A DNA stretch of 64,000 nucleotides from a bacterium (GTDB lineage: Bacteria; Verrucomicrobiota; Verrucomicrobiia; Limisphaerales; J093). Within the stretch, counting starts at the first letter, position 1, and each line of letters opens with the position of its first letter. The position numbers and the translations under genes are program-made. Location: positions 1,321-65,320 of the forward strand of contig JAKANS010000007.1 of NCBI GenBank assembly GCA_021823625.1, written 5' to 3'. Of the stretch, positions 27,177 through 36,085 are shown one piece after another. The notes beneath the pieces are model-generated. The model had not been told where the DNA came from and made no database searches. It worked only from the letters and a program-made list of their open reading frames with translations.

Positions 27177-29354
27177 TCACTGCGGTTCGGCCACCGTGCG
27201 GAAGAATTCGCCTTGGGCGGGGGCGAGGTTCGTGCGTTGCAGCCAGAAATCGAGGTCGGGACTCCCCAGCGTGAACGAGCGGATCGATTGCCAGGATTCC
27301 AAGTCCGCCGAGGACTCGAGCCGGAACGACTGGTCCACCAAGCCCCGAAACGAAAACTGGTCCGCAGTCAGAGCGCCGCAGTCGGCGTGGGAGTACGCCG
27401 TGATGGCGACCGGCGTGGTGGCGACCAGCAGAGCGCGCAAAATGACGTCTTCCACGCCGACCGCGAGCAACTGCCCCGGCCGCGACGCCAGGCCGTACAG
27501 CGATTTGCCGGTGATGAGGCTCAGCGGCACCCAATCCACCGCGTTCGTGCTGCTGAGCACCGTGCCTTGCGTGCCGCACACAAAATAGCGACCGTCCGCG
27601 AAGGTGGCGTCGGTCAGCCAGGCGTCCGTGCCGCTGGTGGCCCGCGACCAAGTCACGCCGTCCGGGCTGGTCAGGATCAAACCGTTCTGGCCCACCGCCA
27701 CGAGCAAACCGTTGAGCCGGCGGACCCGGTAAACCCAGTCGGTGGTGCCCGAATCGCGGGCGGACCAGTTCACGGCATCGGGACTGGTAAAGATCGCGCC
27801 CGCGGCACCGGTGGCCACGAAGCCCGAATCGAGTGCGACCACCGAACTGAGGTTGGGCTGGCTGGCGATGCTGCGGGTGGTCCAGGTCGCCCCGTTGGTG
27901 GTGGTCAAAACGGTCCCGGCATCGCCGACCACCACCACCAAGCCGTCTCGCTCGCAAACGCCCTGCAACGTGTTGGCCGTGGGCGACGGCACCACCGGCG
28001 TCCAAACCAAGCCCAGCAAATCGAGCGTGTTGGTCACCGTCACCGAGTTGGTCGTCCACGCGCAATTGGTGAAGGTCCCGACCTCATTTGTGGTGACCAG
28101 GTTGGTGAGCGCGCGCGGGCTGTACATCAGGCTGCCGTCGCTGCCGGCGGCGACCACCAGGTTGGTGGACCCGCCGATCCCGAGAAACACCGCGTTCGTG
28201 AGCGCGTCGGGCACATACTCGCTGTGCCAGGCAATGCCGTCCGGGCTGGTCAGCACGGTTGCGCGATCGCCCACCGCGATGGATTGGTCGGGCAGGTTGA
28301 GGACCTCCCAAAGCCAGTCCCGCGACGAGTCGTCCTCGGCGAACCAGAGCGTGCTCTTGATCGAATTGGTGGTGAAGGACTCCACCGCCAGGCCCGTTTG
28401 GCCGGCCACCACGAACCGTTCCCCGTCCCACACCGCCGCGTAGTACGACCAGACGGGTGCCGGCACCAGGCTGCCGCTGCCGAGTTGGTCGCTCCATGCG
28501 CTCTGCCCGGCCGCCTTCAGCAAAAGCGCGCTGTTGCCGGCGACCAGGCGCGTCCCGTTCCCCACTGCGAACCCGTACAGGCTGTTCGTCACGCCAGTCG
28601 GCTCGCTCTGCCAGTTGGTGCCTTGACTCACACTGGAGAGCAAATTGCCTGCGTCCCCGGTGGCAAAGAAAACGCCGCCGGAATAGGCGACCCGGTTCAA
28701 CGCCACCGTGACTCCGCTCGAACGCTTGTCCCATTGCAGGCCGTCCGTGCTGGTGCCGATCAAGCCGTTCTCCCCCACCGCCACGAACGTGCCGCCGCCG
28801 TAAGCGACGCTCCGCAGCCAATCGCTGAACGGGAGGTTCGCGACGCGCTGCCAGGCCAGGCCGTCGGTGCTCCGGTAAATCGCGGCGTTGTCGCCCACCG
28901 CCACCAGCACGGCATCCGAGGCCGCAACCCCTTCGAGCCAATCCGCGGTGGGCGAATCCAGCGCGGCCGCCTCGAAAGCACCCGTCGCGGACTCGCGCAG
29001 AATCGTGCCCGCCTCGCCGGTGATGACGGCCCGGTCGCCAAAGAAGGTGATTGCCCGCAGCGCGGAGTCCACGCCGCTGGCCAGCGAAGTCCAGTTGACC
29101 CGGTCCGAACTGACGTAAATCTGACCGTGGTCCGTCACCTCCCAGTAACGGCCGTTGTGGAAGGCCAGGTCATAGACGTTGTTGCCGTGCGGCGACGGAT
29201 TGGACCAACGCCAGGGCAGCGGGGCGGCTTGGGCGACCGCGGTGGCGGCGGATGCCAGGAGACACCCGGCGAGTGCCAGCCCGGTAAAGTCCGCAGCCCA
29301 GCCGTGGGCGTGTGCGTTTGGCTTCAAACAACGCATGGGATGCCGTTTATTCAT
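27177..29354 (-). CDS. Secreted BNR/YCF48-like beta-propeller repeat protein with conserved C-terminal tail
   Basis: 'WRWSNPSPHGN', repeated 'FVAVG..G.I.TS.DG..W' blades; ends FRLESSADLESWQ...EFFRTVAEPQ. Confidence 0.85.
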   Translation of the reverse strand: MNKRHPMRCLKPNAHAHGWAADFTGLALAGCLLASAATAVAQAAPLPWRWSNPSPHGNNVYDLAFHNGRYWEVTDHGQIYVSSDRVNWTSLASGVDSALRAITFFGDRAVITGEAGTILRESATGAFEAAALDSPTADWLEGVAASDAVLVAVGDNAAIYRSTDGLAWQRVANLPFSDWLRSVAYGGGTFVAVGENGLIGTSTDGLQWDKRSSGVTVALNRVAYSGGVFFATGDAGNLLSSVSQGTNWQSEPTGVTNSLYGFAVGNGTRLVAGNSALLLKAAGQSAWSDQLGSGSLVPAPVWSYYAAVWDGERFVVAGQTGLAVESFTTNSIKSTLWFAEDDSSRDWLWEVLNLPDQSIAVGDRATVLTSPDGIAWHSEYVPDALTNAVFLGIGGSTNLVVAAGSDGSLMYSPRALTNLVTTNEVGTFTNCAWTTNSVTVTNTLDLLGLVWTPVVPSPTANTLQGVCERDGLVVVVGDAGTVLTTTNGATWTTRSIASQPNLSSVVALDSGFVATGAAGAIFTSPDAVNWSARDSGTTDWVYRVRRLNGLLVAVGQNGLILTSPDGVTWSRATSGTDAWLTDATFADGRYFVCGTQGTVLSSTNAVDWVPLSLITGKSLYGLASRPGQLLAVGVEDVILRALLVATTPVAITAYSHADCGALTADQFSFRGLVDQSFRLESSADLESWQSIRSFTLGSPDLDFWLQRTNLAPAQGEFFRTVAEPQ

Positions 29355-29363
29355 CGGATCAAT

Positions 29364-30776
29364 TCAGGTCAACGTTGGAGTACGAGGCAGGCGCAGGCGA
29401 AAAGTAGTGCCGGCGGGCGAAGTGGAGACCAAGGTCAGCTCCACCCCCAAATGGCTGGCCAGTTGACGGCTGATCGCCAGCCCGATGCCGGAGCCGCCTT
29501 CCTTGGACGAACGAACCGGCTCGAACAGGCGGGCGCGGACCGGCTCGGGGATGCCGCTGCCGCGATCGCCCACCTCCGCCACCAAGTCGCTCGGTGTGGC
29601 GGCCAGACGCAGCGTGACCATGCCGTTGGGCGGGCTGGCTTCGACCGCGTTTTGCACCAGGTTGGCGAGGATCAAGCGCAGCAGGCCCGCCTCGCGGTTG
29701 TCCACGGTGGCTTCGCCCTCGAAACTCAACTCCACGCGCACGCCCCGGCCTTCGGCGAGGGTGCGCGTATGCGCGGCGACCTGCCCGCCGAGTTCCGCCA
29801 GCGACACCGAGAACGAGGCCGCCTCCTCCCGATCGTGGAGCACTTCGACCACTTGCTGAATCAAGCTGGTCATCCGGCGGGTGGCGGCCAGGGCTTCGCG
29901 CCATTCCTCGCCGTCGCCCGCCAGAGTGCCTTCCTGCCGCGCGGCCACGAACGATTGCAGCCCGGCCACCGGGTTTTTGAGACTGTGGATGAGGTGAGCC
30001 GTGACGGCTCCGAGGGCGTTGATTTTCGCGGCGTTGGCGAGCTCCTGGTTCGCGCGCTGCAGGTCCGCGGTGCGGGCGGCGAGCAGCCGATTGGCCCGCT
30101 CCAACCGGCGGAAGGCCCAGGCCGAACCAACGATGACCAGTCCGGCGCCGACGCCAAACACCAGTCCGCCTTGCAGATTCAAGCGGCGGTCCAGCAAGGC
30201 GAATTCACGCTCGGCGGTAACCCCTTCCAGTAGAAACTGGGCAATCCCCAGCAGCTTGGTCTGGCCCGGCAAGTGCAGCGGCACATCGATCTCGACCCAC
30301 GACAGCGTGCCGGGTGCTGGGTGCGCCGGATCCGGCAGAACCAGGAACAACGCTTGCCGGGGCTGGGCGGAATGGAACCGGGTGAGCGATTGCTGCTGCC
30401 GCAACCGATCCAGCGCGACCGCGTCCAGGGTGGTCTCTTTCACTTCGGTGGGCACGCCGGCGATGAACCCTCCCTGCGAGCTGAACAGCCGCGCCCCGAT
30501 CATGTTGGTCAGGCTGGCGATGTTCAGCAGCACCTGGTATTGGGCGGCCGGCTCGCCCAGGTCGAACAAAGGATCAGCCTGGCGCGCCTCAGTTTGGGCG
30601 CGCAGCGCGAGGGCGTTGAGGATCTCGGCGTCGCGGCCGAGGATCTGCGCACGCATCTGCGTCCCGAGCTCGAGGCGCCCCCACAGCACGGCGGCCGCGA
30701 GGGCGGTCAGCGCCGACGCAATCGCCCAGCCGCCGTAGCGGCGCCCATTCGGACGTTGGGTCGCAAGCGGGTTCAT
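29364..30776 (-). CDS. Sensor histidine kinase with periplasmic domain
   Basis: Two TM helices, H-box 'LIHSLKNP', N-box 'NLVQNA', 'DRGSGI', 'GSGIGL'. Confidence 0.92.
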   Translation of the reverse strand: MNPLATQRPNGRRYGGWAIASALTALAAAVLWGRLELGTQMRAQILGRDAEILNALALRAQTEARQADPLFDLGEPAAQYQVLLNIASLTNMIGARLFSSQGGFIAGVPTEVKETTLDAVALDRLRQQQSLTRFHSAQPRQALFLVLPDPAHPAPGTLSWVEIDVPLHLPGQTKLLGIAQFLLEGVTAEREFALLDRRLNLQGGLVFGVGAGLVIVGSAWAFRRLERANRLLAARTADLQRANQELANAAKINALGAVTAHLIHSLKNPVAGLQSFVAARQEGTLAGDGEEWREALAATRRMTSLIQQVVEVLHDREEAASFSVSLAELGGQVAAHTRTLAEGRGVRVELSFEGEATVDNREAGLLRLILANLVQNAVEASPPNGMVTLRLAATPSDLVAEVGDRGSGIPEPVRARLFEPVRSSKEGGSGIGLAISRQLASHLGVELTLVSTSPAGTTFRLRLPRTPTLT

Positions 30777-31957
30777 AATTCGAGTTCCACGCCCGCGGTT
30801 ACGGTGTTCGCATCGTAGTCGGCGCTGGGCGCGTTATCGAATGCGGATTCGCGGTCGTACTGGGCGAAGGCGACCAGTTTTCGCCAGAGCCGGTACTCCC
30901 CGCGCACCGTCACGTCCAGATCGGTCTTGCGGCGGAACGCCGACTCCGGACCGTCGGATCGCTGGATTGAATAATCGTACCCATAACCGCGGACCTCGGC
31001 CCAGACTTTCCAACGTTCGGCACGGTAACCCGCCCGGACGCCGACGAGGGGCCGGAGGTTGTCGAAGTAGCCGCCGCCGTTGTCTTCGGTCCAGCGAAGC
31101 CCGAGCCGAAGCTGCGAACTCCAGCGGCGCTGGGCGCCCCAAGCGAACTTGGAGCGGAACTCCAGTTCGTGGAGGTCGAATTCAAGATTGCCGGGCAGTT
31201 CCAGTCCGTCCGCGTCGAGGGGCGCCCGGTCGTCGTACCAGCGACGCGTGAACCGGTAGCCCAGCGAACAATCGCTGCCGGCGGCCAGCGTCTTGGCGAG
31301 CTTCACATTCGGCCCAAGTTCCCAGTAATCGTCCAACGGCGCCGAGAAGAGCTGTCGGCTCCCGTCCAACGTGGCTTCCAGTTTCCAGTTTCGTCCCAGG
31401 CTGACCGCCGCCGACGGCGTCAAGGTCAGCGTGCTTCCCTTGGCGGTGACGGTGGACAACTCGGCCTCGGTGGCCGACACGTCGAAGACTTGGTTCATGA
31501 ACACGTACTGCCCGGCAAGTCCGCCAGTCCAACCGGCGCCTAAGTCGCGCTTCACCTCCGCCCGCGCCAACGCCAGGCTCTCGGGATCCGTCTGGGGAGC
31601 GCCGAGGAAATGGGTGTAATCCGCCGAGGCGAAGATCGACACTCCCGTTCCGTCCAGGGGCAGCCGGTTGAGCATGAAATCGCCGCCGCCACTGAGAAAG
31701 GCCGCCGCGACCGGATTGACCGAGCTGAGCTGGACGTTGTCGCGGTAACCGGTCGCCGCGCGCAGGCTTGCCGCGGTGCTCCAAGGCGACGGCACGGCTT
31801 CTTCGATCAACGCGGCCAAAGCTTTTTCGTCCGGGCCCAGGTCTTTTCCAGCGCTTTCGGTCTCGCCTGCCAGGCCGGTGGCGCACGCCGCCAGGACACA
31901 GCAGACCAAGCCGGTGCAACGCGGGCGGAGACCTTGGCGGCGGGTGGCGGATCTCAT
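30773..31957 (-). CDS. Putative outer-membrane beta-barrel protein
   Basis: Signal-like N-terminus, 'TGYRDNV', alternating aromatic/Gly strands, C-terminal strand 'TVTAGVELEL'; stop overlaps the kinase start. Confidence 0.7.
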   Translation of the reverse strand: MRSATRRQGLRPRCTGLVCCVLAACATGLAGETESAGKDLGPDEKALAALIEEAVPSPWSTAASLRAATGYRDNVQLSSVNPVAAAFLSGGGDFMLNRLPLDGTGVSIFASADYTHFLGAPQTDPESLALARAEVKRDLGAGWTGGLAGQYVFMNQVFDVSATEAELSTVTAKGSTLTLTPSAAVSLGRNWKLEATLDGSRQLFSAPLDDYWELGPNVKLAKTLAAGSDCSLGYRFTRRWYDDRAPLDADGLELPGNLEFDLHELEFRSKFAWGAQRRWSSQLRLGLRWTEDNGGGYFDNLRPLVGVRAGYRAERWKVWAEVRGYGYDYSIQRSDGPESAFRRKTDLDVTVRGEYRLWRKLVAFAQYDRESAFDNAPSADYDANTVTAGVELEL

Positions 31958-32176
31958 TCGAGGTTCGGTGACCCGTTATCTGGCAAAGCCGGCCGCCTCG
32001 TGCAAGCAGGTACTGATGCGGGACCCAATCCCCACGAACCTCTTCGTGCCGGTCACGCCGTGGCCCAGGCAGTCCACCGGCGCTTCACGGGAAACAGCGC
32101 AGGCGACCCGTTTCCGAATCGCCTGCGTCCAACTCTTATCAACCAGTCGAACCCCCAAGTCTTCCCCCCTTGGAAA

Positions 32177-32611
32177 CTAGTCTCCCTTGCCGTGTTGGCC
32201 CTTGGCCTTTTCCTTGGCCGCGTCGATCAGATCCTTGCGGCTGGGGAGGTTCTTAGCCAGCTCCTGGAGCCGCTCGCGGATCTGCTCGCGCAGCTTTTCA
32301 CGCTCCTGCTTCTGATCCGCGAGCAATTGGCGCATCTGCTCGCGCAACTGCTCGCGCTCTGCCGCCGTGGCTTCGCTCATTTGATGGGCGAGTTTCTTGA
32401 ATTCCTGAACCTTGGCCTGGTGGTCGGCCCGGAATTGCTCGATGAGTTTCTTGATGTCGTCCGGGAGCGCAGGCTTTGCCGGCTTCTCCGGATGCGTGGG
32501 CTTCTGTGGATCGGGGTTCTGCCCATTGCCGGGATCTGCCGCGAACGCCGGCGTGGCCATCAGCGCCACGGTCGCCACCGCCGCCCCCATCAGTGATTTG
32601 AACGTCTTCAT
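32177..32611 (-). CDS. Small secreted helical protein (Spy/CpxP/ZraP-like)
   Basis: Signal peptide ending AFA, Pro-rich linker, E/Q/R/K-rich amphipathic helices; start ATG 32611. Confidence 0.7.
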   Translation of the reverse strand: MKTFKSLMGAAVATVALMATPAFAADPGNGQNPDPQKPTHPEKPAKPALPDDIKKLIEQFRADHQAKVQEFKKLAHQMSEATAAEREQLREQMRQLLADQKQEREKLREQIRERLQELAKNLPSRKDLIDAAKEKAKGQHGKGD

Positions 32612-32679
32612 AATAATTGGTCTTGTTCGGTTTGCTTCTGAGCGGCTTTTCATGCGGTCGCTCAACGCCGTCATCGTCT

Positions 32680-32695
32680 CGCAGGCAACGTGCCA
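32680..32695 (-). promoter_or_regulatory. Sigma-54 (-24/-12) promoter
   Basis: Minus strand TGGCACGTTGCCTGCG with exact GG-N10-GC spacing, directly downstream of an NtrC-family gene. Confidence 0.75.
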
Positions 32696-32782
32696 GGTTT
32701 CGTGAGCCGACCCCAACGTATTCTGGATAAACAGGTTGAAATTCGGAATGGCGATTTTCAACGGACCGAACAGGAGATCAAT

Positions 32783-32843
32783 CTGGGGATAAGTCCCCAG
32801 CCTCGGCGCCGTCCAAGAGGACGAACTGGGGATTATTCCCCAC
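32783..32843. promoter_or_regulatory. Tandem palindromic upstream activator (enhancer-like) sites
   Basis: CTGGGGA-TAAG-TCCCCAG (32783-32800) and CTGGGGA-TTAT-TCCCCAC (32826-32843), 43 bp apart, about 90-150 bp upstream of the -24 box. Confidence 0.7.
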
Positions 32844-34248
32844 TCCGAGCGTCTTCCCGGCCGGTGAGCCGGTGGCGGACGACGTCGCGGCTCACGCCCA
32901 AGAAGCGGGCCGCGGCCGAGACGTTGCCGTTGGCCTGGGCCAGGGCGTGCTGAACGAGCTGATCGATGGCCTCCTCGAGCGAGAAGCCGTTTTCGGGGAA
33001 CTGGAATCGTCCGTTGAACCACTCGCTCGCCAGCGGGGAGCCCGGTTCCGTCTCGATCCCGGTCAGACGTTCAAGGTGCGTGAACGCGAGCGGCCCTTCC
33101 TCGAAGACCATTGCCCGCTCGATTTCGTGCGCCAGTTCGCGGACGTTTCCCGGCCAGGGCCAGAGTTGCAGCCGACGCTGGCCGGCTTCGCTGATTGGCC
33201 GGGGCGGCAGGCGGTGTCGCCGCGAGACGCGTTTGAGCAAGGTCTCAGCCAGCGGCACGATGTCCTCCGGGCGCGCTCGCAGCGGTGGGAGATGCAGGCG
33301 AAACAGATCGAGGCGGTGATACAAATCTTCCCGAAACTGGCCGGCGGCAACCAGTTGCTTCAAGTCGCGATTCGACGCCGCGATTACCCGCACGTCCACC
33401 GGCAGGGACTTGTTGCCGCCCAAACGGCGGATCTTGCCGTCTTCGATGACGGTCAGCACCTTCGCCTGCACGGCCAGCGACAGGCTCGCCAACTCGTCCA
33501 GAAACAGCGTTCCGCCGTTGGCCGCCTCGAACAGGCCGATGCGGGCCGACCGCGCATCGGTGAAGGCGCCGCGCTCGTGGCCGAAAAGCTCGGACTCCGC
33601 CAGCGATTCCGGCAGCGCCGGGCAATTGACTTCCACCAACGGCTGGTCGGCGCGCGGTCCGTGCTCGTGCAGCCACCGGGCGATGGTGGTCTTGCCGGTG
33701 CCGGTCTCGCCTTGAATGAGAACCGGCGGCAGGCGTGTCTCCATGCGGCGGTCGGCCGCCAGGATCTTTTCCAACTGTCCGCGCAGCGGCGCGAGCGCCG
33801 GGCCAAAGAAGAACTCGTCCTCCGCCAGCGCGGCATCCTGACGGCGATGCTGTTCCAGCCGGCGGTCGCGACGGTCGCGGCGGACCTGGCCGAAGACCAG
33901 CAGCAACTCGCCGAGCTCGAACGGCTTGGTCAAGTAACTCAGCGCGCCCAATTGCATCGCCTCGACCGCGCCAGCCACGCCGCCCTCAGCCGTCATCACC
34001 ACCACGCCGCAATTCTGGGAAAAGGCGCCTTCGCGGAGCAAGTCGGTGCCCAAGCCGTCCGGGAGATTGACATCCAGGAGCGCAAAGTCGAACGGCATCA
34101 GTCCGATGGACTGGCGCGCGGAGGCTAGATCCGCGACGGCGGTCACATCCGCTCCCTGGCGTTCGAGGAAGGCCGCCACGCGCCGCCGCAGCAGCGGCTC
34201 GTCTTCGACGATCAACACCGACGTGTCAGTCAGGAGAGAGGTTTGCAT
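32833..34248 (-). CDS. Sigma-54-dependent response regulator (NtrC family: receiver-AAA+-Fis HTH)
   Basis: 'IVEDE', 'LDVNLPDG', GETGTGKT, 'ELFGHERGAFTDA', 'LFLDE', 'WPGNVREL', 'GNVSAAARFLG'; start ATG 34248. Confidence 0.95.
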   Translation of the reverse strand: MQTSLLTDTSVLIVEDEPLLRRRVAAFLERQGADVTAVADLASARQSIGLMPFDFALLDVNLPDGLGTDLLREGAFSQNCGVVVMTAEGGVAGAVEAMQLGALSYLTKPFELGELLLVFGQVRRDRRDRRLEQHRRQDAALAEDEFFFGPALAPLRGQLEKILAADRRMETRLPPVLIQGETGTGKTTIARWLHEHGPRADQPLVEVNCPALPESLAESELFGHERGAFTDARSARIGLFEAANGGTLFLDELASLSLAVQAKVLTVIEDGKIRRLGGNKSLPVDVRVIAASNRDLKQLVAAGQFREDLYHRLDLFRLHLPPLRARPEDIVPLAETLLKRVSRRHRLPPRPISEAGQRRLQLWPWPGNVRELAHEIERAMVFEEGPLAFTHLERLTGIETEPGSPLASEWFNGRFQFPENGFSLEEAIDQLVQHALAQANGNVSAAARFLGVSRDVVRHRLTGREDARSGE

Positions 34249-34457
34249 GGTAGCCCGAAGGCTCGCGGTCACCCGCCAACGAAGCGGGGCCGGCTCTTTC
34301 AAACCGCATTCCGCCCCGGCCTGGCAAGCAAGAAGCGTTGCCGTGTGTTCGCCGTTGACTTGTCCGGTTTCCAGCCGCGGAGGCGGCCCGGAACCGTAAC
34401 GGCTTCGCGCAGCCACTTTCGGCTTGCGAACGGATTAGAAACCGACATAAGGAACGC

Positions 34458-36020
34458 ATGAGCAACCAAGACGCGCAAATCTCAAGCGCACTACCTGGCT
34501 ATATTACGGGCGCCACCCCGAACCCGGCGGCGAACCGCGCCCCGTGGTACAAGAACACCGCCCCGACTTACGCGGGCATCTTCCTCTGGTTCGTATTCTG
34601 GCAGGACGCCGTTCTTTCCAATGACAAGGGGGGCGGGCTTTCGCACGGCATTGGCATGGCCCTTTTGGGGTTGATCATCGCTGCGGTGATCTGCCATTTC
34701 CTCTTTTACCTCGTGCCCGGCATGTTGGGCATGAAGACCGGGCTGCCGCTGTACATTGTTGGCACTTCCACGTTCGGCGCCGCCGGGGGCTTCATTTTAC
34801 CCGGCTTTTTGATGGGCTTGCTGCAATTCGGGTGGTTGGGTGTGAACGCGTACTTCTCCTCCCTGCTGCTGGCGCCAACCTTGCATGTGAAGGCGGAAAT
34901 CTTGATGGTAATCTGGGGCGCGCTGGCGGCCTTCGTCGGTCTCAAAGGCATTCAGTATGTGGCGAAGGTGGCCACTTACCTGCCGCTGATTCCCATCGCC
35001 GTGCTGCTCATCATGCTGTTCAAAACTGTTGGCGGACTGGGAAGCTTCGATGCCCAGAAACTGGCGGATACCCACTCCGCCTTGGCCGGCTACGCCAACC
35101 CACCGCTGGCGGGTTTCAGCACGGAGGCGCTGATCAATGGCGGGGTGCTGGGCCTGTTGATCACTTACGTGGTCGGCTTTTTTGCCACCGCCGGGGCGGC
35201 GGGCGTGGACTTCGGCACCAACAGCCGCGACGCGCGGGACGTGCGGATGGGCGGTCTGGTGGGGGTGGCGCTGGCGATCGTGCTCACGGCGGGCATTTCC
35301 ACGCTGATCGTGGCCGGCGCGCACGGCTCCAAGGAATACGGCCCGAAGATCGAGGCTGCCGCGGAAGCGGCGGTGGAAAAGGCCGTGCAAGCGATCGACG
35401 ACAAGGCGCCGGAGTTGAAGAAGGCCGGCAAGACGGACGATGACATCGACAAAATGAAGGAAACCGCCCAAACCCAGGCCGCGTCCGAAGCCATGCTGCG
35501 GTCCACCAGCCTGCTCAGCGTGGTATTGGGCGAAAAGGCCGCGGGCATTTTGATGTTCCTGCTGGCGCTGGCCGCGTTCCCGCCGGCCTGCTTCTCGTCC
35601 TTCATCGCGGCGAACAGCTTCAAGACCACCTTGCCCAAAGTGAACCCGTTCATCTCGGTCGGCATCGGGGCGGCCGTCAGCATCATCCTCGCCGTGACCG
35701 GCACGGTGGCCAGCGCCATCGGGGTGTTCGTGATCATCGGTGCCTCGTTTGGCCCGATCTGCGGCGCGATGCTGGTCGATTATTGGCTGGCCGGCAAAAA
35801 GTGGAGCGGCCCGCGCGCGGGCTTCAACCCCGCCGGCTGGATCGCGTGGGCCTTGGGCTTCTGCGTGGGCATTTTCAAGACGCTCACCGGTTACGACATG
35901 CCGGCGGCGCCGGTCGCGGCGTTCGTCGTCGGCGCGGTCGTGTACTTCATCTGCATGAAGATCGGTTTGGCGTCGAAGGTCGTGCCGTTGCCGGCGGCGA
36001 ACCAGCCGAGTAACGCCTGA
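34458..36020 (+). CDS. Cytosine/purine permease (NCS1) family transporter
   Basis: About 12 hydrophobic helices, 'GMKTGLP..VGTSTFG..G', 'QFGWLGVN', 'GPICGAMLVDY', 'GFNPAG'. Confidence 0.82.
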   Translation: MSNQDAQISSALPGYITGATPNPAANRAPWYKNTAPTYAGIFLWFVFWQDAVLSNDKGGGLSHGIGMALLGLIIAAVICHFLFYLVPGMLGMKTGLPLYIVGTSTFGAAGGFILPGFLMGLLQFGWLGVNAYFSSLLLAPTLHVKAEILMVIWGALAAFVGLKGIQYVAKVATYLPLIPIAVLLIMLFKTVGGLGSFDAQKLADTHSALAGYANPPLAGFSTEALINGGVLGLLITYVVGFFATAGAAGVDFGTNSRDARDVRMGGLVGVALAIVLTAGISTLIVAGAHGSKEYGPKIEAAAEAAVEKAVQAIDDKAPELKKAGKTDDDIDKMKETAQTQAASEAMLRSTSLLSVVLGEKAAGILMFLLALAAFPPACFSSFIAANSFKTTLPKVNPFISVGIGAAVSIILAVTGTVASAIGVFVIIGASFGPICGAMLVDYWLAGKKWSGPRAGFNPAGWIAWALGFCVGIFKTLTGYDMPAAPVAAFVVGAVVYFICMKIGLASKVVPLPAANQPSNA

Positions 36021-36043
36021 GTCAGCCAACCTCCCAGTTTCGC

Positions 36044-36073
36044 AAGGCGGCCCGCCCGGCCGCCTTTCTTTTT
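36044..36073 (+). terminator. Intrinsic terminator
   Basis: AAGGCGGCC-CGCCC-GGCCGCCTT followed by TCTTTTT. Confidence 0.75.
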
Positions 36074-36085
36074 CCCGTCGTTGCG

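Noticed and set aside
18-30233. Long alternative-frame ORFs such as 18..1727 (+), 1926..3848 (-), 19895..22222 (-), 24321..26375 (-) and 26598..30233 (+)
   Set aside because: Antisense or off-frame shadows of well-supported genes in GC-rich DNA; Arg/Gly/Ala-rich with no motifs
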